Positions 1 through 12,134 are shown, numbered from the stretch's first letter. The stretch is DNA of 64,000 bases from Octopus sinensis (GCF_006345805.1 NC_043014.1:49786001-49850000); one strand, 5' to 3'. Notes: a model not told the origin generated them from the sequence alone. Program-made: numbers and translations.

Positions 1-48
1 ACTCAGAGTAACAGGTTTTGTTGAATTTCTGCTGCTTTAAAATAAAGC

Positions 49-86
<38 letters not shown>

Positions 87-658
87 ATATATATAAGTAA
101 ATAGAAACATACAGCCTAAAAGGAAGCACCTGAAATCTCTCCAATGTGAATTTCCACAAAGCAGCTTGGAAATCAATCCAAAATGAGATCCTTGTAAAGT
201 CCGCTATCGATTACTAACTTAACAAAAGGCAATCCTCTAACCAGAGAAACCGTGACTTGCATTCTGGGAAACAATCCTCTCTACTTCTCTCCTATAACTA
301 CAAAGGCTGAAATTTTGGTGGGATTGGGGACAGACAGTCGATTACCGTGATCCCAATTTTTGGCTGTACTTTTTTTATAATTGACCCTCGGAAGATGGAA
401 GACAGAGTCAACCTTGGTGGAATTTGAACTCAAAACATAACGACAGGCAAAATGCAGCTAGGCATTTTGTCTGGCGTACTAACAATTCTGCCAGCTTGCA
501 TGGGAAGCAGTCGTAACAACAAGAACAACACCAGTAAATCCAATACCACGGAATTGTAATGACTGTTGTTGTTTAACCCCAGGTCAACCATGTTTGAGCA
601 GACCTATGATCAAAAGCATTCCAACATGATCATCCTCTCTGCTTAGGCATACCTATAC

Positions 659-896
659 CAAGACGGTGAGCTGGCAGAAACATTAGCACACCAGGTACAA
701 TGCTTAGTGGTATTTCGTCTTCCTTTACGTTCTGAGTTCAAATTCTGCCGAGGTCGACTTTGCCATTCATCCTTTCAGGGTCAATAAATTAAGTACCAGT
801 TATGCACTGGGGTCGATGCAATCGACTTAATCCCTCTGTCTGTCCTTGTTTGTCCCCTCTATGTTTAGCCCCTTGTGGGCAATAAAGAAATAGGTG
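659..896 (+). mobile_element. tRNA-derived SINE, family B (Meta-domain-like)
   Basis: Head GGTGAGCTGGCAGAA..., B-box-like GAGTTCAAATTC, central GAGGTCGACTTTGCCATTCATCCTTTCAGGGGTCAATAAATTAAGTACCAG resembling the MetaSINE domain (recalled, not searched). Many further copies in the window. Confidence 0.8.
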
Positions 897-1034
897 TACC
901 TATACCTACATTGTCCAATATGACCTTTTCTTATTTAAGACAGGAAGTGTATTTGAAGGAGATTTGGTTGCTATTTCCAGCATGTCAGTGGACCATGTAG
1001 AGGTTTCCCTCCTTAGCCTGTGGACCTTAATCAA

Positions 1035-1231
1035 CCCTTTCAGCATTTAAACTGGGCCAGATCTGACCCAAATATTTATCTGTTTTATGTTGAAACCAAC
1101 CAGCCTCTCACACCTACCCAACAATGTCATTCTAAAAATAGACCGTCACATCATTGAAATCTTGAAGCTGTGAGATAATTGATGATTAATTCAGACCATT
1201 GGGAATAAAGAGAAATCTGAATGTTAAAAGG
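1035..1231. mobile_element. Degenerate piggyBac-like MITE
   Basis: Ends CCCTTTCAGCATT ... ATGTTAAAAGG. Homologous to the better preserved TTAA-flanked copy at 19892-20531. Confidence 0.5.
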
Positions 1232-1293
1232 TTGCTGGCATGAATGCGTATAGCTTAATAAAGTATAAAAAAGCAAATTTTCATTTCAATTCA

Positions 1294-2240
<947 letters not shown>

Positions 2241-2444
2241 GACATGGGGAGGGCAATGCCCTGAACCTACAGAGGCTCTCCCTGGCTGAGGGAACTGATG
2301 TTACCTTGGTCTCTGGTTCAACTTTGTTGTGTTGGTTTTTGTGTGTTGTGGTGAATCAATTAGAAAATGTTGCTCTTTTTTCAAAAGACTTTAATTGATG
2401 ACAGCAGCGAACAATAAACTGTGGTTCATAAACAATAAAAACTA

Positions 2445-2690
2445 GTGAATGTTGAACAGTTAACCAAATGTGAAACAATGAATAGCAAATCATAAACATA
2501 GAAACAGTGAACAATTGTTAACAATATGTAGTGAATCATAAACATAGAAAGTGAACAAAAAATAGTTAACAATACACAGGGAATCATAAATATATAAACA
2601 GTGAACAATTGTTAACAATACGCAGTGAATGATAAACATAGAAACAGTGAACAATTGTTAACAATATGCAGTGAATGATAAACATAAAAT
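2445..2690. repeat. 46-bp minisatellite, ~5 copies
   Basis: Unit CATAAACATAGAAACAGTGAACAATTGTTAACAATATGCAGTGAAT repeated with few changes. Confidence 0.85.
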
Positions 2691-2751
2691 GGTGGACCAT
2701 GAACATAAAACATTGGATAATAACAATAACAGTTATCAATGCACAGGAAAT

Positions 2752-3062
2752 CATCATCATTTAATGTCCACTTTCCATGCTGGCATGGGTTGGATGGTTT
2801 GACTGAAAACTGGTAAGCCGGGGGTGGTGGGGTGGCTGTACCAGGTTCTGATCTGATTTGGCAAGGTTTCTATGGCTGGGTGCCCTTCCTAATGCCAAGC
2901 GTGAAGTGGGTGTTTTTTACGAGCCACCGGCACAGGTGCCAATGATCTGACTCCAGCATTGGCCACAACTATGGTCTCACTTGGCTTGACAGGTCTCCAC
3001 ATGAGCATGATGTATCACCAAAGGTCTTGGTCACCTGTCATTGTCTCCCTGAGGCCCAACAT
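2752..3062 (-). mobile_element. 5'-truncated RTE-clade LINE 3' end (family R: ORF2 C-terminus + 3' UTR)
   Basis: (GAT)n tail, CCATGCTGGCATGG hairpin, GGAAGGGCA-CCAGC motif, continuing into sequence homologous to the RTE ORF2 end seen at 60020-60113. Confidence 0.7.
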
Positions 3063-3699
3063 AAAATGAATAACAACAATATTGAGCAATGAACAATGGA
3101 ACCTTAATCCAGTTGGTTACTAGAAGACTGGGTGAATATTCCTGGATGAAGCAGGAGGTGGAAACGTGAATTTTATATGAAAGCTTGGCATAAACTGACA
3201 GTGTGTGTCCCCTTTTATGTAGAATGACACACAAAATGCACAACATTGATGTTAAACATTTCACTAACTGAATAACAGTAATATTTTGATTAATGAACTC
3301 AAGCCTTTTTACTAATTAAACATTCCAGGCCAGATCCCAAACCTGAATTTGGGGGGGGGGGACTACACTAAAAACAGTAAAACACAAGTCAATTAAAAAT
3401 TTATTATATTCATAGAGGGAAGACCATTCGGGGCCACTGGAAGGATTCTTGAGGGTTGCATGCAGCCCTGGGGCCTGTGGTTGAAAACAGCTGTTTCTGG
3501 AGACTACCCAAACTCAATAATAATTACCCTTACATCATAGTTTTGTTTAGAAAAAAAATTCATGGTAAGCTGGTCTTTTAATGTCAGTTTATTAAAAACA
3601 TTACCATGCCAACCACGAGCCAATAAGAAAATCTTTATGTTGTTGATCAGTGAACTAGAAATAGCAGCCAATCACTACAGTCTTGTAGGTATGGTCGTA

Positions 3700-3910
3700 C
3701 GTGTGTCAGCAGTGGTCACGTATATGTGCATCAGTAGTGGTCACATATACGTTTGTCAGCAGTGGTCACGTATACGTGTATCAGTGTGGTTGTATATGCA
3801 TCAGTGGTCTTCCAGGTGCGGTTGTATACGCATGAGTGTTCTTGCAGGTGCTGTTGTATATGCACAAATGGTCTTGTGGGTGTGGTTGTATACGTGTTTG
3901 TGGTCTAATA
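3700..3910. repeat. Compound minisatellite (25-bp then 32-bp units)
   Basis: GTGTGTCAGCAGTGGTCACGTATAT-type x3, then GCATCAGTGGTCTTCCAGGTGCGGTTGTATAC-type x3. Confidence 0.7.
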
Positions 3911-4232
3911 GATGTGTCATTTGAGAGAGAGAGGTGAGGCTACAGCTGTCAATGTGATACGGTAGCAGTTCCAGGTGAGAAGACGAGCACATTCCATAAC
4001 TACCGAAATGTCTTTAATTCCACACGTAGCAACATTCACCTACCTTTGTATTGACAAACTACCCTCGTGACTTTTATTTCAGCTCTTTACATTTGGAGTT
4101 TAAATTCACCTGAGCTTGACTTTGTCTTTCATCCTTCCGAGTTTGATAAAATAAAGTAGTAGTTAGGTTCTGGGGATCAATGGTATTTACTAATCCCTCC
4201 TCTTGGATTTCAGCTGTTATGCCTATACTAGA

Positions 4233-4797
4233 AATCATCATCATCATCATTGTTTAACGTCCGCTTTTCATGGGTTGGACGGTTCAACTGGGGTCTGGGA
4301 AGCCAGAAGGCTGCACCAGGCTCCAGTCTGATCTGGCAGTGTTTCTACAGCTGGATGCCCTTCCAAACGCCAACCACTCCGTGAGTGTAGTGGTTGCTTT
4401 TTACGTGCCACCTGCACAGGTGCCAGACGAGGCTGGCAAACAGCCATGGTCGGATGGTGCTTTTTACGTGCCACCAGCACGGGGGCCAGACGAGGCTGGC
4501 AAATGGCCACGATCGGATGGTGCTTTTTATGTGCCACCGGCATGGGGGTCAGTCCAGGCTGGCAATGGCCACAATCGGATGGTGCTTTTTACATGCCACT
4601 GGCATGGATGCCAGTCGGGACAGCGCTGGCAACGGCCACATTCGGATGATTCTCTTATGTGCCACCGGCACTGGTATCACAGCTACAATTTCCATTGATG
4701 TTGATCAAATTCGATTTTGATTTTGATTTTCACTTGCCTCAACAGGTCTTCACAAGTAGAGTTTGTGTCACAAGAAGGAAAGGTATGCATAAGTGGG
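4233..4797 (-). mobile_element. Family R 3' UTR copy with internal 62-67-bp tandem array
   Basis: (GAT)n tail at 4233; CGGATG(G)TGCTTTTT recurs at 4451, 4514, 4576 and (degenerate) 4643. Confidence 0.8.
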
Positions 4798-5484
4798 CTA
4801 AATAATTATTTTAATTACTATTAAGGTGGCAAGGTGGCGCAACTGTTTGCATGTTGCACAAAACGCTTAGAGGCATTTCTTCTGCCTTGTTAGGCTATGA
4901 GTTCAAATTCTGCCACGGCTAACTTTGCCTTCCACTCCTTTGGGGGTTGATAAAATAAAGTACTCGACAAACACTAGCACCAATGTAACTGACTTGCCCC
5001 TCCATTCATATTCCTGGCCTGGTGCCAAAAATGAGAAAGAATTATCATCATCATCATCATCATCATCAAGGTAGTGAAAGCAGCAAGATGGCAAGATTCA
5101 GCCATGGCTAACTTTGATTTTTGACCTTTCAGGGGTCAATAAAATAAGTATCAGTGAATGAAATCAACTAACCTCCTCCCCCAAGATTTCAGGCCTTGTG
5201 CCTATAATAGAAAGGATTATTATTATTATTATTATTGTTATTATTATTATAACAACAATGTTCTAGATACATACAGAACTGTGTTATTAAGGAATTTGAT
5301 CTTATGCAACCCCTTGTGCTACAAGTGGGTGGCCACTACCGTAACTGCAGACCAATCCCAACTCAGAGAGTGAAATTGAGTTGGTGGAAACTGTGTGGAA
5401 GCCCTTCTGATGGATTACACTTGCTGTTGCATAGCAGACTTAATCCATCTCCCAATTTAAAACCACTCGTTGGCCATTGTGTCT

Positions 5485-5640
5485 ATCTGTCTGTCTCTAT
5501 CTAACTATCTATTTGTCTGTCTGTCTATATCTATCTATCTATCTATCCATCCATCCATCTATCTATCGATCGATCTATCTATCTATCTGTCTGTCTGTCT
5601 GTCTCTATCTATCTCTTTATCTATCTCTCTATCTGTCTGT
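5485..5640. repeat. (TCTA)n/(TCTG)n/(TCCA)n compound microsatellite
   Basis: Direct inspection. Confidence 0.9.
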
Positions 5641-6234
5641 GTTGACATCAACAAATGTCAATTTTCATGGCCCAGCTACAAACGGTGTAATTTGTTGACA
5701 TTACTTCTGTCAACAAATTGTTTGTTAGCTCTGCACACCCAAATACAACTGGAATAAAAGCTCACCCATTTGGAGATGGGGGGGTAAAAATGTGAAGTTT
5801 AGCAACAGGAAAAACATCCAGCTTTAAAAACAAAGTAAGGCTTCAATGATAATATTCATCTGATCCATAATAGAATAGAAAAACAGACATGAACAGATAT
5901 CATTTGCCCATGCCGATACTGTTGTTTCTCCTCTCCGTAACACCCAGTGATGCCCTTCATTAGCAGCCACTCTCTCAATTCATTTCAACTCAATTACTTC
6001 ACAGATGTTCATGAAATCTCTATCGCTCCTGTTTTGGAGGTGGTTTGTGTCATGTGCCCTTCTTGTATCTGACTCAGCCATATAAAACCACTCGTTAGTG
6101 TTACATATCCTATAGAGTGATATCAGTGTTTCAGACTAGATATTCAGAGTTTACATTTTTATATTTATTTTACGTTTCTATCTGTCTGTCTGTCTGTCTG
6201 CTTGTCTGTCTTTCTATCTGAATCCGTGTATTTA

Positions 6235-7030
6235 TCTCTCTTTCTCTCTCCCTCTCTCTTTTCCTCTTTCTCTCTCCTTCTCTTTTTCTCCTTCTCGCTC
6301 CTTCTCTTTTCCTCTTTCTCTCTCCCTCTCTTTTTCTCTTTCTCTCTCCCTCTCTTTTCCTCTTTCTCTCTCCTTCTCTTTTTCTCTTTCTCTCTCCCTT
6401 TCTTTTCCTCTTTCTCTCTTCCTCTCTTTTTCTCTTTCTCTCTCCCCTCTCCCCCTCTTTTTTTTCCTCTCTTTTTCTTTCTTCTCCTCTCTCCTCTTTC
6501 TTCCCTCTTCTCCTCTTCTCCTCTTCTCTTGTTTTGTCTCTTTTTTGTTTTCCTCTCTCTCCCCTTTCTCTTTTTCTCTTTCTCTCCTGCTCTCCTTCTC
6601 TTTTCCTCCTCTTTCTCTCTCCCTCTCTTTTCCTCTTCTCTCTCCCTCTCTCCTTTTCCTCTTTCTCTCTCCTTCTCTTTTTCTCCTTCTCGCCTCCTTC
6701 TCTTTTCCTCTTTCTCTCTCCTCTCTTTTTCTCTTCTCTCCCTCTCTTTTTCCTTTTTCTCTCTCCTTCTTCTTTTCTCTTTCTCTTCTCCCTTTCTTCT
6801 TTTCTCTCTTCCTCTCTTTTTCTCTTTCTCTCTCCCCCTCTTTTCCTCTTTCTCTCTCCCTTTCTCTTTTTCTCTTTCTCTCTCCCTTTCTCTTTTCCTC
6901 TTTCTCTCTCCCTCTCTTTTCCTCTTTCTCTCTCCCTCTCTTTTCCTCTTTCTCTCTCCCTCTTTTTCTCCTTCTCTCTCCCTCTCTTTTTCTCTTCCTC
7001 TCTCTCCCTCTCTTTTTCTCTCTCTCTCTC
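6235..7030. repeat. ~800-bp polypyrimidine/polypurine tract (CT-rich, ~22-bp degenerate units)
   Basis: Almost exclusively C/T on the + strand; source of the ERK- and SLF-rich pseudo-ORFs. Confidence 0.95.
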
Positions 7031-7447
7031 CACCTTGCAGTTTCAAATTTATTTTACTCACATACGTGTGTGTGTGTGTATGTATGTTTATGTGTGTGTG
7101 TGTTTGTGTGTGTGAGCATATGGGTGTAATGCTTGTGAGGGATCGGTGCGAGATGTGTGTGTGTGTATGTGCTTGTCTGTATGAATGTGGATATGACTGT
7201 AAGGGTATGTATGTATTTATGTATGTTTACATGCGTCTGTATGGGGAAATCAGTGTGTATAGGAGGAGTGCACATGTGTGTGTCTGTGTGTGTGATATCT
7301 ATCAGTATGAATGTGTGGCCATTTGTGTAAGGATATATGTGAGTGTGTATACATGTGTGAATGTATGTATCCATGTGTGTGTGTGTATTTATCTAGAACT
7401 TAAGTTTCAACATGAAGCATTTCAAATTTTTCTTCTGATAAACAGGA

Positions 7448-8245
7448 TTAATTTTTCAAAGTCTGTCTGTGTACTCTTGGTATTGGTGTTGCCGTTATTG
7501 CCGGTGGTGTAGGTGGTAGTGGTGGTGGTGGTGGTTTAGGTGGTAGTAGTGGTGGTGGTGTAGGTGGTAGTGGTGGTGGTGGTGTAGGTGGTAGTGGTGG
7601 TGGTGGTGTAGGTGGTAGTGGTGGTGGTGGTGCAGGTGGTGGTAGTGGTGGTGGTGTAGGTGGTAGTAGTGGTGGTGGTTTAGGTGGTAGTAGTGGTGGT
7701 GGTGTAGGTGGTAGTGGTGGTGGTGGTGTAGGTGGTAGTGGTGGTGTAGGTGGTAGTGGTGGTGGTGGTGCAGGTGGTGGTAGTGGTGGTGGTGTAGGTG
7801 GTAGTGGTGGTGGTGGTGTAGGTGGTAGTGGTGGTGGTGGTGCAGGTGGTGGTAGTGGTGGTGGTGTAGGTGGTAGTAGTGGTGGTGGTGGTGTAGGTGG
7901 TAGTGATGGTGGTGGTGTAGCCTTGTCGGTGCTTGTTGATGCGGTTATTGTTGTAGATGTGTTGGTGTAGCGTTGTTGTAGATGGTGGTGGTCATGGTGG
8001 TGTCGGTGTTGGTGTTGATGTAGCGTTGGTGTAAAGTTCTTCTTGCTGGTCGTGGTGGTGGTCATGGTGTGGGTAGTGGTTAGTGATGTAGGTCTTTGTG
8101 CTGTTGGTGGCAGTGGTGTCGATGTTTGCGGTGTTGTTGGTGTTTGTGTGGGTGTTGACCGTGGTGATATTGTAATCATTGATGTAGCTCTAGGTATTGG
8201 TGGTGTCATAGACACTGATAGTGTGGGAGGTAAGTGTAGATATAC
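7448..8245 (-). CDS. Candidate Pro/Thr-rich (mucin/extensin-like) exon, 265 codons
   Basis: Open frame from VYLHLPPTLSVSMTPP... through a T-rich stretch and (PPPLPPTP)n to ...RQTLKN*. About half is a (GGT)-based repeat that is open by construction, and the acceptor is weak. Confidence 0.22.
   Translation of the reverse strand, partial: VYLHLPPTLSVSMTPPIPRATSMITISPRSTPTQTPTTPQTSTPLPPTAQRPTSLTTTHTMTTTTTSKKNFTPTLHQHQHRHHHDHHHLQQRYTNTSTTITASTSTDKATPPPSLPPTPPPPLLPPTPPPLPPPAPPPPLPPTPPPPLPPTPPPLPPPAPPPPLPPTPPLPPTPPPPLPPTPPPLLPPKPPPLLPPTPPPLPPPAPPPPLPPTPPPPLPPTPPPPLPPTPPPLLPPKPPPPPLPPTPPAITATPIPRVHRQTLKN
7505..7920. repeat. (GGT)-based 21-27-bp minisatellite GGTGTAGGTGGTAGTGGTGGTGGT
   Basis: About 17 units, all lengths multiples of 3. 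Confidence 0.9.
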
Positions 8246-8662
8246 CTATTTCTTTACTACCCACAAGGGGCTAAACATAGAGAGGACAAACAAGGACAGA
8301 CAAACGGATTAAGTCGATTACATCGACCCCCAGTGCGTAACAGGTGCTTAATTTATCGACCCCGAAAGGATGAAATGCAAAGTCGACCTCGGCGGAATTT
8401 GAACTCAGAACGTAGCGGCAGACAAATACCTATTTCTTTACTACCCACAAGGGGCTACACACAGAGAGGAGAAACAGGGACAGACATAGGTATTAAGTCT
8501 ATTATATCGACCCCAGTGCGTAACTGGTACTTATTTAATTGACCCTGAAAGGATGAAAGGCAAAGTCTACCTTGGCGGAATTTGAACTCAGAATGTAAGA
8601 CGGACGAAATACCGCTAAGCATTTTGCCCCGTGTGCTAACTATTCTGCCAGCTCGCTGCCTT
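8246..8662 (-). mobile_element. SINE family B dimer
   Basis: Head at 8662 followed by two ~175-bp units, each ending AAAGAAATAG. Confidence 0.85.
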
Positions 8663-8879
8663 GCAAACCTTATACCACCTTGCAAACAAAGGCCCTTATA
8701 CTGAGGCTGAGCGGTCAGAGCCAAGCCTGTGGTTGCTGGTACCCCAGGCAGGATGTGTTTCAGCGTACATCATCATCGTTGTTTTAACATCCACTTTTCC
8801 ATGCTTGTATGGATTGGATGGAATTTTCTGGGGTAGATTTTCTGCTAACGTTTCTGCCAGCTTGCTGCCTTAGAAATAC

Positions 8880-9023
8880 CATTGGTGAATGTGTCAGTAG
8901 TTGTGGCAGTGGTGGTGGTGGTGGTGCTTGTACTGGTGTCGGTATTGATAGGCATGTCCAGCAAAACTTCCGTCCTGGCTTCATCTCCGAGAGATCAGTA
9001 CTGATCCAGCTGATCCGTCTCTG
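8880..9023 (-). CDS. Candidate exon QRRISW...PPPPPLPQLLTHSPM
   Basis: Pyrimidine-rich tract upstream, AG at 9025-9024, donor ATG|GTATTT at 8879; phase 0 matches the 7448-8245 frame. No recognisable domain. Confidence 0.18.
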
Positions 9024-9535
9024 CTCCGACAATGTAAGGCACCAGAAGCAGGGAGAAACCAAAGAAGAATGGGAAGAAATGTGTTGTGTCGGAGGACACA
9101 CGCCTCAAACTTCTCAAGAGGGTGGATCTCCCAATAAGATGGTTCAGTATATCATTATTAGAACCATGATGTGGGTGGGGAGTTAGCAGAATTGTGAACA
9201 TGTTGGTCAAAATACTTTTCAGTAATTCATCCATCTGTCTTTACATTCTGAGTTCAAATTGTGTTGAGGTCACCTTTGCCTTTCATCCTTTCAGGGTCAA
9301 TGTAATCAACTAGTGTGCCCTCCCACAAAACTTTAGGCCTTTTAGTATCTATTGTAGAAAGGATTATTGGAACGGTGGTGTTGGTGACGATGATAGTGGT
9401 GATGGTCATGGTGGTGGCAGTGATAATGATGGTATAGTGATGAGGTGTAGGTGATGGTGATGAGGAAGTGTGGTGAATGCTACAACAAAAGAGAATAAAA
9501 CATTTATTCAATAATTCATTGTAAACATTTCCTAA

Positions 9536-9927
9536 TCCCTCTATATATAAAACTGAAGTTGTCTGTGTATGGCAAATTTGATAGCCTTCAACTAACACTA
9601 TCTCCTCCGAGATCCTGCGGCGCAAGTTGACCAAAATTGAGAGTATGATAGAAGAAGGTTTGCTCTTCATTCCATAGAAGAAAAAATTCGAATCGGACCA
9701 TATTAAGACCTAAAATTATTTACATCAAAAAGGTGCTTTTTTTCTATGAAAATCCCTATTTTTTACGATCTTTTGACTGCTGTGTCGCCATTTTTCGGTG
9801 TATTTCAACCAGAAAAATGTTCACTTAAAAAGAATAACAAGCTACATAATGCAAAACTTTTACTTTTCAAAAATTCCAATTCTAAAGGGTCGAAACAAAT
9901 CCGAGCAATGCCGGGCGATACTGCTAG
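9536..9927 (+). mobile_element. Non-autonomous Helitron (family H), full length
   Basis: A|TC 5' end with TCTATATATAAA, 3' GC hairpin CCGAGCAATGCCGGG, terminal CTAG|T, no TSD. Confidence 0.8.
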
Positions 9928-9985
9928 TTTAGAAATAAAATCTTTAATGAAATATCAAATTCCAACATAATCTCAAGGTCACATA

Positions 9986-10221
9986 CAGGGTGTGGTCAAA
10001 AGTCACCTGACAGTAAATCAAAACTATTTAATTCCAAGATTTATTTATGTTTAATGACTGAATGAATTTAATAAAAGCATCTGAATATGAACCCTCATGA
10101 AAATTGTTCAAACTGAAGTCCTTCTTGAGCGACACCATTTTTCCGTTCGAGTCAACACAGAATTAAAGTTAGTATTTATGGAATTTTAGATTTACTGTCA
10201 GGTGAATTTTGGCCAACCCTG
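9986..10221. mobile_element. Tc1/mariner-type MITE
   Basis: ~35-bp imperfect TIRs CAGGGTGTGGTCAAAAGTCACCTGACAGTAAATC / GATTTACTGTCAGGTGAATTTTGGCCAACCCTG; TA duplication on both sides. Confidence 0.85.
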
Positions 10222-10677
10222 TATTTTGATGGGGGTTGGAATGGAGGTCAATGAAATGACCTTGAAACTCCCTCCCCCCCACTTTCCCCAGTACTTAACT
10301 AATCTTTGCTTTCTTCTGTGGTTCCAGAAAGAACAGTAAAGTCAGCCGCATCTGGATTTAAAACTCAGAATGTAAAGGGTTGTACTAAACACCACAAGGC
10401 ATTTTGTCTGACTCTCTACTTAGTCTGTTGAGTCATTGTCCTCTCAATAATACCACTCCTTTCTGCTATAGGCACTGGGTCTCAAACTTTGGTTGAGGGG
10501 GTCTCGTTTTTGGTTTCATTGACCCCCAGCGCTCAACTGGTACTTATTTCATCATCCTGAAAGGATGAATGGCAAAGTTGACCTTGGAATGTAAAGCCAG
10601 AAAAATGCTGCTAAGCATTTTGTCCAGCATGCTGATGTTTCTGTTGGCTTACCCAGGTAGACACAAGGCTATCTACA

Positions 10678-10714
<37 letters not shown>

Positions 10715-10719
10715 TCTTG

Positions 10720-11084
10720 TTTTAGTTATTTGACTGCAGCCATGATGGAGCACCATCTTTAGTCGAACAAATCAACCCCAAGACTTATTCTTTGTAAGCC
10801 TAGTACTTATTCTATCATTCTCTTTTGCTAAACTGCTAAGTTATGGGGATGTAAACACACCAATGTCAGACAAACATAACCACACAAATATAAATATATA
10901 TATATATATGTATGTATGTATGTATATATGTATATACAACAGGTTTCTTTCAGTTTCTGACTACCAGATCCACTCATATGGGTTTGGTTGGCCCAAGGCA
11001 ATAGTATTTGTCACTTGCCCAAAGTGTCACGCAGTGGGACTGAAACAGAAACATGTGGTTGAGAAGCAAGCTTCTTACCACACA

Positions 11085-11090
<6 letters not shown>
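10720..11090 (-). mobile_element. SINE family A
   Basis: Same head, body and tail as 1294-2240, more diverged. Confidence 0.8.
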
Positions 11091-11153
<63 letters not shown>

Positions 11154-11179
11154 GGTTAGTGTATGTGTGTGGAACATGT

Positions 11180-11348
11180 GCTGCTGGCACATGAAAAACA
11201 ATATTTGTGCGTGGTCGTTGCCCTCGTGCCAGTGGCACATAAAAGCACCCACTACACTCTCAGGGTGGTTGGCATTAGGAAGAGCATCCAACCGTAGAAA
11301 CTCTGCCAGATCAGAATGGAGCCTGGTGCAGCCATCTGGCTCACCAGT
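11180..11348 (+). mobile_element. Family R 3' UTR fragment
   Basis: GTGCCAGTGGCACATAAAAGCACCC and TTAGGAAGAGCATCCAACC motifs. Confidence 0.7.
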
Positions 11349-11599
11349 CCTCAGGCATCTTGAGTATTTGCCAGCAGTTGTTTGCAAATGTTCACACATT
11401 GTTGGGCCTGACTCTACCTGTTGTCTACGACTACATTATTTCATGTGTCCTGACTGTTATTTCTTAACCCCAGGTCAGTTCTGAAACAGCAGACTTGTGA
11501 TCAAAGGCATTCCGGTTGTGACCATCCTTTCTTTTGATTCTCACATAATCTATCTTGGGCTATATTGTCTAAAATGTCCCTCATTATTGATTAGCCTCG

Positions 11600-11765
11600 A
11601 GTCAGCTTTAACCCAGTGCGTAACTGGTACTTATTTAATTGACCGCGAAAGGATGAAAGGCAAAGTCGACCTCGGCGGAATTTGAACTCAGAATGTAACT
11701 GTAGGCAAAATACCGCTAAGCATTTCGCCCGGCATGCTAACGGTTCTGTCAGCTTGCTGTCCTAA
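11600..11765 (-). mobile_element. SINE family B (3'-incomplete)
   Basis: GAAAGGATGAAAGGCAAAGTCGACCTCGGCGGAATTTGAACTC core. Confidence 0.8.
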
Positions 11766-12134
11766 AGTCAGTAGACCTATGGCCAAAGGGGTTCTAGCCA
11801 CGGCCATCCTATCTTACATTCAGCCGTTGCATATCTAGGACAACATTATCTAATGCAAGCCTGTTATTATTGCCTTTTTGCTCCAGATTGGCCATACCAA
11901 AGGCTAAGTAAAATATATTGTGTTAAGTGTCTCGAAAACTTAACATTTGTCCTTAGTCAATCAGATATATCCATCTCGGCTGTGTGGCTGGTGGTAGCTG
12001 TTGACAGCTGACTGGACTGAGGAGATGTTGCGAGTGTTAATATGTTGGGCATGTTACTCCACTCACACCATTGCTGCTAAACCGGATGCTACATAATACA
12101 GTACCAGCTTCAGCACAGGAACTTTGGCTGCAGC

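Noticed and set aside
4388-4680. CRISPR-like appearance of family R arrays
   Set aside because: The 'spacers' are homologous to one another, the array lies inside a retroelement 3' UTR, the genome is eukaryotic and there are no cas genes.
6165-7512. 298-436-aa ERK-rich and SLF-rich ORFs
   Set aside because: Translations of the CT/GA tract; open in several frames on both strands.
8995-9234. Signal-peptide-like FFPFFFGFSLLLVPYIVGA ORF
   Set aside because: Followed by a TGA after ETDQLDQY; the hydrophobic run is explained by a pyrimidine tract.
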